The translations under genes were made by a program, and so were the position numbers. A stretch of DNA of 63,198 bases, filler included, from Fonticula-like sp. SCN 57-25 (taxonomy: Eukaryota): assembly GCA_001724245.1 (NCBI GenBank). It is 8 parts of 8 records of this genome, joined end to end, with 100 filler letters (N's around TTAATTAATTAA, not from the genome) between each part and the next. Parts side by side here need not be neighbours in the genome. Positions count along the whole stretch, not along the records: positions 8,253 to 17,268 come from MEDX01000358.1; positions 17,369 to 24,860 come from MEDX01000360.1; 6 more parts are not named here. One strand, 5' to 3'. The notes under the pieces are model-generated. The model made no database searches, was not told the origin of the DNA, and saw only the letters and a list, made by a program, of their open reading frames with translations. Each line of letters opens with the position of its first letter. Within the stretch, counting starts at the first letter, position 1. This document shows positions 10,313-20,300 of this stretch, piece by piece.

Positions 10313-10477
10313 GGCTATATTAGGTAGGGATTTTGTTTATGATGGTATTTATGAAACCAATTATATCAAATAAAGGATATTATTTTAATAATAATTTTTC
10401 TTTGTTGTTGTTCTATTAATTATCATTTAATATTAAACTAAAATATTATATAATTAGTTAGCTAATTACTTTTCCCA

Positions 10478-10507
10478 AATTAAATCAAAATTTTAATTGA
10501 TTTAATT
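10478..10507 (-). terminator. Palindromic hairpin just after the stop of the 458-aa ORF
   Basis: AATTAAATCAA / TTGATTTAATT perfect 11-bp stem, 20 nt beyond the stop at 10528. Confidence 0.6.
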
Positions 10508-10527
10508 ATAAAACAGTAAATGAAATA

Positions 10528-11904
10528 TTATTTATTTTTACATATATATGACCTTTTTCTAACAGCATTTATATTTTTGATAATATTCTCATTCACATTA
10601 TAACCATTTTCAATTGTATCATATTTCTTTCTCAATTTTTCTACTTCTAATTCCAAATTCATATCCGAATCTTTAGTTTTTTCTTTTAATATCGAAACAT
10701 TCAGATTTATATATGGTACTGTTTCTAATAATTTTGATATTTTACTTTTGTTCTTTATTTTTGTCATGTTCTTTATCGCTAAATTATATAAATGTAATGT
10801 CGCAAATTTTAATGTTTTACCTCTCATTAAAGATATATATCTTTTTACTTTCTTCTTATCCCTGTATTTAACTTCATATACAAAACCATCAATATTATCA
10901 TAATAATCTTTCGATTTATCTTCAAATAAAGAAAATAATATATCCTTCTGAATCCTCAAAAATATATTCTTTTGTAAATTTTCAGCTTTTTTACCTACAG
11001 TACAATTATTATCAAAATATTCAGTCTGATATAAATAAAATTCATTATTATATCCTTTTTTTACACTGTCGTTCATTAATATGTATAAATCTGTCCTTAA
11101 TAAGGATTCAAATGATATATAACAATTAAATATTTCAATTATATTTAAATTTATGTCGTTTAATTTAATATCATTCAAATTTAATGACTTCTTTTTAGCT
11201 GCTGTTAATAATTTTTTTTTACTTCTTGATGTTATTTGTTCAGTTGTAACATCAATATATTTCTTGTTATCGTATTTGTTAACAAGTTCATATATATAAT
11301 ATTTTGTTTTTTCCATATTATTGGGTATACTATAGCTTATTACTTTTGTCATAATATTATCGATATAATCATGACATTGATATCTTACATTAGGTCCTTT
11401 CTTTCCTTTTTGTAAAAAAAAGTTCTCATAATATAATTTTATATTTTCTAAATCTTTTCTGGAAGCATCCTTGACATATTCTAATAATAAAATATTTGTA
11501 TCCATAGGATCTATAAACATTTTTGAAAAATTATTATCCTCATCCAACAAATATTTGTGCAAATGAATTTTTATCATTTTATAAATACTGCCTGAAGTGT
11601 GACCTGTTCTAAATTTTGAAAAATCCTTTGTGTGTATAATATATATTCTTTTCACTTTGACATCTTCATTCTCATATAATTTGCTTGATTTATTTTTTAA
11701 TTTATTATACTTTTTATTAAATTCCTTCATCTCTTTTATCATTTCTTCATCAATTTGATACTGTATTTTTTTGGCACTACGATAAACATAATAATCATTA
11801 TGTTGTTTCCATTTTTTATCATCTATATCGGGAACAAATTCATCGTCATTATTTAACTCATTATATAATTCATCATACATTTCATCATCTACAGTTTTAC
11901 TCAT
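10528..11904 (-). CDS. Protein with three tandem degenerate GIY-YIG-like nuclease modules
   Basis: RIYIIH...KFRTGHT; YYIYELVNKYDNKKYIDVT...DSVKKGYN; GFVYEVKY...RYIS...YDTIENGYN. Confidence 0.6.
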   Translation of the reverse strand: MSKTVDDEMYDELYNELNNDDEFVPDIDDKKWKQHNDYYVYRSAKKIQYQIDEEMIKEMKEFNKKYNKLKNKSSKLYENEDVKVKRIYIIHTKDFSKFRTGHTSGSIYKMIKIHLHKYLLDEDNNFSKMFIDPMDTNILLLEYVKDASRKDLENIKLYYENFFLQKGKKGPNVRYQCHDYIDNIMTKVISYSIPNNMEKTKYYIYELVNKYDNKKYIDVTTEQITSRSKKKLLTAAKKKSLNLNDIKLNDINLNIIEIFNCYISFESLLRTDLYILMNDSVKKGYNNEFYLYQTEYFDNNCTVGKKAENLQKNIFLRIQKDILFSLFEDKSKDYYDNIDGFVYEVKYRDKKKVKRYISLMRGKTLKFATLHLYNLAIKNMTKIKNKSKISKLLETVPYINLNVSILKEKTKDSDMNLELEVEKLRKKYDTIENGYNVNENIIKNINAVRKRSYICKNK

Positions 11905-11951
11905 TTTATATAATTTATATTATGCATATATATTTATATATCATTATTAAC

Positions 11952-11982
11952 TATTTTGATCAATATTTTATTCATCAAAATA
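11952..11982 (-). terminator. Hairpin immediately after the Mre11-Rad50 stop codon
   Basis: TATTTTGAT...ATCAAAATA stem plus an AAT/ATT extension, 10 nt beyond the stop. Confidence 0.55.
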
Positions 11983-11991
11983 TTAAATATA

Positions 11992-14900
11992 TTATTTATC
12001 GAAAGATATGTAACTTTCTTCATTATTCCTCTCAATGTTTATTTGATTATCAAAATTATTTTTTACATAATCATCGTGTGTTGTAATTAAACACCAATCA
12101 AATGTTGTCCGAATATATTCAAATAATGCTTTTAAATTATCTTTATGTTCTTCGTCACTATGTTTGAATCCTTCATCAATTATGAAAAAATTTGTTTTAA
12201 TATAGTTATTAATAAAACAAAATGATAATCTGAATACCATATTATCTATTCCTCTCTCATGTCCGCTATTTAATAAAACATTATTCTTCTTATTATTGTA
12301 TTCTTTATAAATTCTAAAATTCTGTTTGTCATCATATTCTATTTTTATATTATAGTCTTCTACACAATTTAGTATATTATTAACTGCTAATTCGAGTGTA
12401 GGTATTATTGTTTTTTTTAATATTTCATCATTTATTCCTCCTTTATTAAATATAGATATTATATTATCATAAATTTGTCGCTCTTTTTCATCGTTCTGGA
12501 TTTTATCGTTTAATTGTTTGAAATAATGTATATCATTATCTAGTTTGTATAATTGCAAATTCCTTTGATTTTTCTGATTTATTGTTTCAGCTAAATTACT
12601 CTGATAATCCGTTAATCTTGTGTTATTATTATTTATTCTGTCTTTTAATCTTTCCAACTCTGTATATTTTATTTCAATATCTTTTTGTTTATTGTATTGA
12701 TCTTCTATTAATAATACTTCATTCTCTAAATTTAATTTTAATTTATCAATATTGCTTAATTCTGTATTTAATTCAAATATTTTATTATTGATATTTTCTC
12801 TATTATTTTTTATTTTATCATATTCCATATTAAATTTATTTATTTTACCAGTTGTTACAAACATTTCTTTCTCAACATCAACAATTTCTATCTCTAAATA
12901 TTTATTGAATTGTATATTTTCTCGATTTATATCATATTCATATTTTTTTGAATTCTCATTTTGTAAATCTTTTTCTAATAATAATATTTCCCTTTTAATT
13001 ATCAATAAATCTTTGTTAATTTCATCTATCTTATTTGTTAATAACTCATTTGTCTTTATTTGATCAAGAATCATATAATATTCGTTCATTATTGATCTAT
13101 TTTTTACTATTATTTTATCTAATTTTGTTAATTCTACATTCAAGTCATTCAATTTTTGATTATACTCTTTTATTATCTTTTCTATTGACAATCTTTGTTT
13201 GGTTAATTCATTATTCATACATACCTCACAATTCTTGTTATATTTGTGTTTATCTAATTTACGCAAAATTATTCCATACTCATCTGTTTTTTTTATTATT
13301 TCTTCCTTCTCTCTCTCCAAATTATTTTTAGCTAATATTGATTTATCATATAATTCTACTTTTTTTGTCATATCTACTGTTACTGATTTTAATATTATTT
13401 GTTTCCTTAAAGTTTCAATATTATAAAGCTTATTCTCATGCTTTTTTTTCAAATTGTCAATCTCTATTTCTAAATTAGATATCTTATTATTTAGTATCTT
13501 GATGTCCATGTTATCAAAAACTGCGATTTTTTGGTTCCTTAGTTTTTGTAACATATCTAACAATCTACTTTTTTCTTTTTCCATTAATCCAACTTCATAT
13601 TTATCTTCGTCATAAATCAATATTTCTTCGTTTAAATTATTTAGTTCTGTAGAATAATTCTTTATTTGATTCTCAATATATCGCTTATTTTCTATAATTT
13701 TATTTAATTCTTTTTTTTTAATGTTAAGATCGGTAGATAATATTTTTACTCCTTTGTTCTTACTAATGATATCATTTAATTCCTTATATTTATGATTGTC
13801 TATTACTAATTCTGATTTTAATTGATCAATAATGTTGTTCAATTGATTAATATCTATATCAATACATTTTAATTCATCTACTATTGTTTTCATCTCACTA
13901 TCTATCTTTTCTAAATTATAAATTTTTATGTTGCTCAAGTTCGTATTGATTGCGGAAGATAATTCTAATTTTAAACTGTTCGCTTTTTTTGAAATTTCTC
14001 TAAATACGTCTAATCTGAAAAGCTTATTTAAAAAAACTTTTTTATCAGTCTGCTTCATATCAACAAAATTGTATGGCTGATTTTGTGTCATAATACATGT
14101 TTTTAAATAATCGTCATAATGACCAAATATTTTTAATATTTCTTTATCTGTCTCCATTTTACTATCCTTCGATATATTAACCTCTTTATTTATATCATAT
14201 CTGTATATATTAACATCTTCACTAACTTTTGAACTATTTTTATTCAATTTTGCTTTTCTTACAATCCTATATTTTACTTGATTTAGAGAAATTAATATAT
14301 CTGTTTCATATTTCGTTTTTTTATTATTTATTATATCATTATTTGATACACCCTTAGTATTCTCTCCCCAAATTGATTGTATGATGATTTCAATCATACT
14401 GGATTTACCATATTTATTTGGTGCTAAGAGACCAACTATTTTATTTAAATTTTTGAAATTTATTTGATTATTCTCTCCATATACATATAAGTTATTGAAT
14501 TTTAATAATAATAATTTAAAATTTCTTTCTTTATTATCATTATTTATCTCTATGACATCCAGTATTTTCTCTAAATATTTCTTCATTTTAGATTTCGTAT
14601 CACTATCGTATTTTTTCTGATCTATGTAATTATTTATTAAAGATTTTGTGCTTGATATGCTCTTCAATTGATCAGTTATTATCATTTTGTTTGAATCATA
14701 CAAGTCTTTTTTTATTCCTCTCAAGTCTTCAATCTCTCTTAATTCTATTATATTAAATTTACTCTTGTATTGCTCTATTATTTCCTGTTTTTTTGCTTTA
14801 GTCACATTGTTCCAAATAAATTTTATTCTCACATTCTTCGGTATTTTTTTATTTTCATAAGGATCAGCAATTTTATTTTCATTTACTCTCACTGTTAAAT

Positions 14901-15750
14901 AACAATAATCATTCTCTATTCGAATATATTCTGATTTTTTATTTTCAAGATCCCATTTTATCGTACCATGATCGTGTATGTTCTCATTGTGACTTAATTG
15001 TAATAAACTACTTGGATACGCTGCCGTTTTATTTTTATTTAAGTATTGAAATTTATGTATATCACCTAATAGTAAATAATCTCCTGTTTCAAAATCCTGT
15101 AAATTAAATCTTCCTACTATATATTCCTCATTTCCATTCTCTAATGTTGCTCCATGTATGAATCCATGATACAAACTTATTTTTATTTTTTCAGTATCAA
15201 AATCAAATTTAGTTGTTTCAGCATCATATAAACTTGTTAAACCAAATATTATATTGTTATACTCATAATATTTTTCCTTCAATAGATGTAATTTATTCTT
15301 TGTATTGAAATTTTGTGTTATAATTGGAGTTAATACATCCATTGCTTCCTTATTTGATGCAGGTTTTTCGTGATTACCTAATATAACAATACAATCTGTT
15401 AATAAACATAAATTATAAAAAAAGAGTTTTATCATGGATATTGCTTCGGGTTTTATATTAGTCTTGTTATCAAATATATCTCCGCATATTACAATTATAG
15501 ATTCGTCTAAATTTCCTTGTGATTTTATCGTTTCATATAATCGCTTAAATACAATATCATAGGAATTCCTCGTTTCCTGACAATTACGAATATGAATATC
15601 TGCCATATGATAAATATACCTTATTTTCTTGTTTGTTGATGATTCTAATTTTATTATATTGGGTTTGTAATTAACATACATCGATTTGTTTTTGGTTTTT
15701 TCTTTAATAACCCTAATTTTATTCTTTTTCATGTGAATTTTATCCTTCAT
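11992..15750 (-). CDS. Mre11/SbcD-Rad50/SbcC fusion DNA repair nuclease-ATPase (Mimivirus R555-like architecture)
   Basis: Phosphoesterase motifs HMADIH, GDIFD, GNHE, YHG, GDIH; Walker A APNKYGKSS; Q-loop MTQ; coiled coil with CEVC zinc hook; signature NSGHE; Walker B IIDEGF; H-loop TTHD. Confidence 0.95.
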   Translation of the reverse strand: MKDKIHMKKNKIRVIKEKTKNKSMYVNYKPNIIKLESSTNKKIRYIYHMADIHIRNCQETRNSYDIVFKRLYETIKSQGNLDESIIVICGDIFDNKTNIKPEAISMIKLFFYNLCLLTDCIVILGNHEKPASNKEAMDVLTPIITQNFNTKNKLHLLKEKYYEYNNIIFGLTSLYDAETTKFDFDTEKIKISLYHGFIHGATLENGNEEYIVGRFNLQDFETGDYLLLGDIHKFQYLNKNKTAAYPSSLLQLSHNENIHDHGTIKWDLENKKSEYIRIENDYCYLTVRVNENKIADPYENKKIPKNVRIKFIWNNVTKAKKQEIIEQYKSKFNIIELREIEDLRGIKKDLYDSNKMIITDQLKSISSTKSLINNYIDQKKYDSDTKSKMKKYLEKILDVIEINNDNKERNFKLLLLKFNNLYVYGENNQINFKNLNKIVGLLAPNKYGKSSMIEIIIQSIWGENTKGVSNNDIINNKKTKYETDILISLNQVKYRIVRKAKLNKNSSKVSEDVNIYRYDINKEVNISKDSKMETDKEILKIFGHYDDYLKTCIMTQNQPYNFVDMKQTDKKVFLNKLFRLDVFREISKKANSLKLELSSAINTNLSNIKIYNLEKIDSEMKTIVDELKCIDIDINQLNNIIDQLKSELVIDNHKYKELNDIISKNKGVKILSTDLNIKKKELNKIIENKRYIENQIKNYSTELNNLNEEILIYDEDKYEVGLMEKEKSRLLDMLQKLRNQKIAVFDNMDIKILNNKISNLEIEIDNLKKKHENKLYNIETLRKQIILKSVTVDMTKKVELYDKSILAKNNLEREKEEIIKKTDEYGIILRKLDKHKYNKNCEVCMNNELTKQRLSIEKIIKEYNQKLNDLNVELTKLDKIIVKNRSIMNEYYMILDQIKTNELLTNKIDEINKDLLIIKREILLLEKDLQNENSKKYEYDINRENIQFNKYLEIEIVDVEKEMFVTTGKINKFNMEYDKIKNNRENINNKIFELNTELSNIDKLKLNLENEVLLIEDQYNKQKDIEIKYTELERLKDRINNNNTRLTDYQSNLAETINQKNQRNLQLYKLDNDIHYFKQLNDKIQNDEKERQIYDNIISIFNKGGINDEILKKTIIPTLELAVNNILNCVEDYNIKIEYDDKQNFRIYKEYNNKKNNVLLNSGHERGIDNMVFRLSFCFINNYIKTNFFIIDEGFKHSDEEHKDNLKALFEYIRTTFDWCLITTHDDYVKNNFDNQINIERNNEESYISFDK

Positions 15751-15828
15751 ATAAATTTTATATTTATACTATTTATATGTTTCTATGCTATATATATTAT
15801 TTGCCACCAAATAATATCCAGTTAATTT

Positions 15829-16212
15829 TTACAATTTTATCGAATAAAATGTATCCGTCTCAACTTTTTTCCCATTCCTCTTTGTTACATAATGGGTGCT
15901 GAATATTAATCCTAAATCATTACACATCCCTTTTAAAACAGTTAATAAATAATAATGAATATTGTTTTTTTGATTATATTTTAAGGCGCTCTTATTGAAA
16001 ACTTTATAAATTTCATCTTCCATATTTCTATAATCATCCATATTTTTATCAATTAATAATTCTTCTCTTTTTATATTCTCAAACTCAATTACATCTTGTA
16101 TCGTATTTTTATTTATATTCTTCAATATCTTATTTATTAATTTTAATAATATATCATATTTTTTATTGACCTTTTTCTTTGCGATATTTTCTAAAATAGA
16201 AATAGTTGTCAT
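15829..16212 (-). CDS. Hypothetical 127-aa viral protein
   Basis: Intact ORF, co-oriented with Mre11-Rad50, AAAATTGA ~43 nt upstream. Confidence 0.75.
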   Translation of the reverse strand: MTTISILENIAKKKVNKKYDILLKLINKILKNINKNTIQDVIEFENIKREELLIDKNMDDYRNMEDEIYKVFNKSALKYNQKNNIHYYLLTVLKGMCNDLGLIFSTHYVTKRNGKKVETDTFYSIKL

Positions 16213-16254
16213 TGCTACTTAAATAATATAACTTTGAATCATAATTTATATTTA

Positions 16255-16262
16255 TCAATTTT
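16255..16262 (-). promoter_or_regulatory. AAAATTGA early promoter motif for the 127-aa ORF
   Basis: TCAATTTT on the + strand, ~43 nt upstream of the ATG at 16212. Confidence 0.7.
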
Positions 16263-16452
16263 TTATTGTCACCTTATTACTTTTCCAATTTTGATTAAAT
16301 CTATTTTAATCAAAATCATTCCATATAATTGTTCATTATCTTGTTGAACTCGAGAAATTATATGATTTATCCATTATTTATATAATTTATATTAATCCAT
16401 TTTTATCTATATTTTAGATTATTTGAAATTGATTACCTTATTACTTTCCACG

Positions 16453-16685
16453 AACATAATAAAGCATAGCTGTAATTAGGTTTTCAGATTTTACTGGTTT
16501 CTGCTACTGATATATATGTTGATTAATATTGTTGTTCCAAATATGAAAACATAATAAAATGTAGCTGTAATTAGGTTCTCAGATTTTACTGGTTTATGCT
16601 ATTGATATATATATGTTGATTAATATTGTTGTTCCAAATATGATTATATTTCAACAATATTGATCAACATATATTACAATAGCAT
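16453..16685. repeat. 95-nt direct tandem duplication (16453-16547, 16548-16644) plus an inverted partial copy forming a long hairpin (16596-16685)
   Basis: TAGCTGTAATTAGGTTYTCAGATTTTACTGGTTT...GTTGATTAATATTGTTGTTCCAAATATGA occurs twice; CAACAATATTGATCAACATATA...CAATAGCAT is the reverse complement of part of the unit. Confidence 0.9.
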
Positions 16686-16744
16686 GGTTCTTAAATAAAA
16701 TTGTTCTATTCAATATAATTATATCAAATACAAGCAGAATTTCA

Positions 16745-17268
16745 TGTGAAAAATTGAAATTTCTATTGACTGCTTTCCCCATTCAAAAAGCTATATATCA
16801 AAACCAATTGGTTATCAAAAATGCTCAGAGTACTCTGGAGGAAGTCTGAGCGTTGAAGTTAAATTCAACGTTAAAAAAAACGCTACTGATTGGCGGTGAT
16901 ATTTGTTCCGAATCTCTCTTCTTCTTTGAACCTTTATATGATAATACAATGCATCCCCTACCACAGTTTAAGCTAGTTACTGTATAGTAATCTTAATCTG
17001 ATCAAGAGTAGGTAAAGTAAAGTATTTAAAGTATAAAGGAAGTAATAAGTGTTTGGCTTATTTTCAAAGAAAAAGTTTGTGGAAGACAAAAGGATGAAAA
17101 ATCAGACACCTGCGACCCAGGGTGTGCATTAACTTGCGGAGTAGAAGCCACCGCGCTTCACTTGATAGGCTATCGGACCAGACGGTAGAACTAGGCGACC
17201 AAACGAAAGTTTGTAGGTTATTTGTGCGAAGTGACACTGTAACTGAAATAAAAACACTTAGCAAAATT
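16745..17268 (+). ncRNA. Large structured non-coding RNA/leader element, copy 2 (runs to the contig end)
   Basis: Homologous to 9011-9528, with covarying helices. Confidence 0.8.
16750..16757 (+). promoter_or_regulatory. AAAATTGA early promoter motif at the head of repeated element copy 2
   Basis: Exact octamer, same context as 9016-9023. Confidence 0.7.
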
Positions 17269-17368
17269 NNNNNNNNNNNNNNNNNNNNNNNNNNNNNNNN
17301 NNNNNNNNNNNNTTAATTAATTAANNNNNNNNNNNNNNNNNNNNNNNNNNNNNNNNNNNNNNNNNNNN

Positions 17369-20300
17369 TGACGCTCAAGATCCCGTGGACGAATCTCAAG
17401 ACGCAGCCACTCCACGTCCAGGTTGACCGCGTCCTCCTCGTCGCGCGTCCCCTCCCCGACCTCCGCTACGATGCCGACCAGGTCCGCGCCAAGGCCCAAG
17501 AGGAGAAGGAAAAGGAGCTTGAAAAGCTCAACAAGGACGCCAAGAGCCGCAAAAAGGCCAAGACGGCCGACACGATCGAAAAGAGCAAGAGCAACGCCTT
17601 TCTCGTCAAGCTTGTTGCGCGTCTCGTCGCCAATCTTCAGCTCCAAGTGTCAAACATCCACATTCGCTATGAAGATCCGTTGAGCGGGACGGCGGCCGGC
17701 GTGACGCTCGCCAACCTTTCGCTCGTCTCGACGACGTCGTCGTGGGTCCCGCAGCTCGCCAAGACGTTTGGCGACCAAATCTTCAAGCTCGCCTCGATCG
17801 AGCGCCTTTCCGTGTACTGGAACGCCTCGGCAGCCATGATTGGCGACCTTCCTCCTGCCGAGTTTGCACGCCTTGCGCTGATCCTCGCTCAGAACGACGC
17901 GCCGACAGTCTCAAATCTTTGCCACCCTCTGACTGGCGCGTCGCTTACTCCTGACCCGCTTCTCGCACCGCTTTCGCTGACTGTGCGGCTCGCCGTCGGC
18001 ACGACGCTGAGCGCGACACCCGGGACGCCCAAGATCGACCTCAAGATCCAGAGCGAGCCGCTTTGCGTCGACCTGTCGGACGCACAGTACCAGGACCTGC
18101 TTCACACGGGCATCTCGCTGATTCATGCGCGGCGTCGGTACGCCTGCCGGCAGTTCCGCCCGCCGCCCGAGCAGACGCCCGCGACCGCGCCGCGCGCGTG
18201 GTGGAAGTACGCGCAGAACGCCGTGCTCGCGCCGATCAAGGAGCGTAATGCGGCGTGGACGTGGGACGCGTTCCGCGCGCGCCGCGACAACCGCGAGGCG
18301 TACGTCCGCGCGTATATCGATGTAGAGACGGGCAGCGGGTCGACAAAGAAGAATGCAAAGCTGACGCTAAAGGCGCTCGAGCTCGCCCTCGACCTCGGCG
18401 ACATCAAGTTTTACCGCTTCCGCGCAGAGCGGCAGATGCGCAAGCAAAAGATCAAGTCAAAGGTCAAGGAGACAAAGGAGGTAAAGGAGACAAAGAAGAA
18501 GAAGGAGGAGGCCGCGGCACCGACAGTGACGTCATCGGCAACATCGAATGTGGCTGCGACGACCTCGGACGAAGCCGAGCCGAAAAAGGCCTCCAAGCCA
18601 GAGTGGATGCAAAAGTTTTCGTCCGTGTTCAAGAAGAAGGAGAGCAAGGAGACGCCGCGGGCGGCCACGGCAGCGCCCGTCGCCATTGTATCCTCCTCGG
18701 CCGCAGCTAGCAAGGATGCGCAGCCGCACCACGTGGCGCACGTGGCGGAAATCAGCGCGCCCGAGGGCCACCTGCCCTCACTTGCTCCGCCACAGCCGCA
18801 AACCGCGCCGGCTGCCGGCGACGACGAGATGGCCGAGCTGTACGACATTCTCGGCTATGATCAGGAGACGGACGCCGTGAGCGTCGGCTTTTACCCCGCC
18901 GACTATGCTTGGCTGTGCACATCAATTACGTGCCAGGGCCTTATGGTGTCGCTCAAGGGCGCCGATGTGGGCGCATTTGCGGTCGCAAACTTTTCCGGCT
19001 TCTCGCTCAACCTCGCGCGCCGCTCCGCCACGACGTCGCTCGACATGGTTCTGCGGTCGCTCACCGTGTCGCATACGAACGGCGTGCTTGTCGAGTGGCT
19101 TGGTGGCGCTTCCGACCCCTCGTCGGCGCCCGCGCCGCCGTTCCTATCAATGAACTTTGAGCAGCCGCCGTCGCTTCCGCTCGACTCTGAGCGCCTGACG
19201 CTGCGCTCGCAGGCTGTGCGCGTGACGTACTCCAAGAGCCTCATTGACCGCCTGATTTCGTTTGCGCGCCCGCGCCTCGACAAGAGCTCGATGGTGCTGC
19301 TCGAGCAGATCATCCGGCACAGCATCGACGTTGTGGTCGACCTGACGCGCGCGTCGCTCGAGTACCAGCTGAACCGCTACCAGGCCATGGAGCTTGACAT
19401 TGACGTGGCCGGTCCGGTTCTGCTGCTGCCGGACGTCGAGACGGGGCCGACGCGCGCCGTCATCGGCGTTGGGATTGGCGCGCTGCGTCTAAAGTCGCAC
19501 CCGCGGCTCAAGGACGTCAGGTCGACGCTCGAGGCAATTCGTGGGCGCGCTATCGAGGCGAACGAGCTCGATTCGCTGCGCTCGCTGCTCATGGAGCGCG
19601 TTGGCGTGCGCCTCGAGCGGCTCCAGATGGTCGTCACGGACACGATCCCCGCCGCAGAAGAGTGTTTGCGCGCGGCGGACGGCGGCCCGAGCCGCTTCCA
19701 TGTCATCGAAACGATCAATGCCGACGTGCTGCTGGAGCGCTGCGTGGCGCCGAATGCCGCTGGACTGCCCGTGCTGCGCATCTCGGGCGAACTGCCGCCG
19801 CTCAGCATTACGCTGCTTGGGCCCACCATCGTGCAGGCCGCCATCGTCGCCGAGGCGCTCGTTGACTCGTTCATGGTCGCGCCGCCGCCTGTCGAGGAGC
19901 GCGTGGCGCATCGCGCGGCGCGTGCCGCTCCGACGGCCGCAGCGCTGCCGCGCGCAGCGGGCGCCGACGTTGTTGATGACTTTTTGCTGTCGGGTCGCAA
20001 TGTGGACTTTGTAGACGAGCTGATGACGTCGGCGAGCATCATGACGGTGTCGTCGGCGTCGACGGCAGTAGCGATGCCGAGCGTCACCATTGCGCACCGC
20101 GTGCTAGCCGAAGTGTCTATTGCGCTGCCCGACATTCGCGTGCGCATCGGCGACGGCGTTGCGGTCGCGCGCGCCAAGGGCATCCGCCTGGACGTTTCTG
20201 CGCGGCAGTTTGACACGAACCTGTCGGCGGTTGTGGGTAGCCTCGACCTTGTTGACCGCCACGATACGATGATGGTGATGCTGTCGCCCGGCGACGAGGA

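Larger units (their letters stand above)
8253..17268. other. AT-rich giant-virus-like (Nucleocytoviricota, Mimiviridae-like) contig
   Basis: Sharp composition contrast with the other contigs, intronless K/N/I-rich ORFs, Mre11-Rad50 fusion, AAAATTGA motifs upstream of ORFs, palindromic hairpins downstream of ORFs. Confidence 0.8.

Noticed and set aside
9011-17268. Two element copies as LTRs or terminal direct repeats of a transposon carrying the genes between them
   Set aside because: No transposase, integrase or RT inside; the copies diverge with structural covariation; a third internal copy exists; no TSD is assessable
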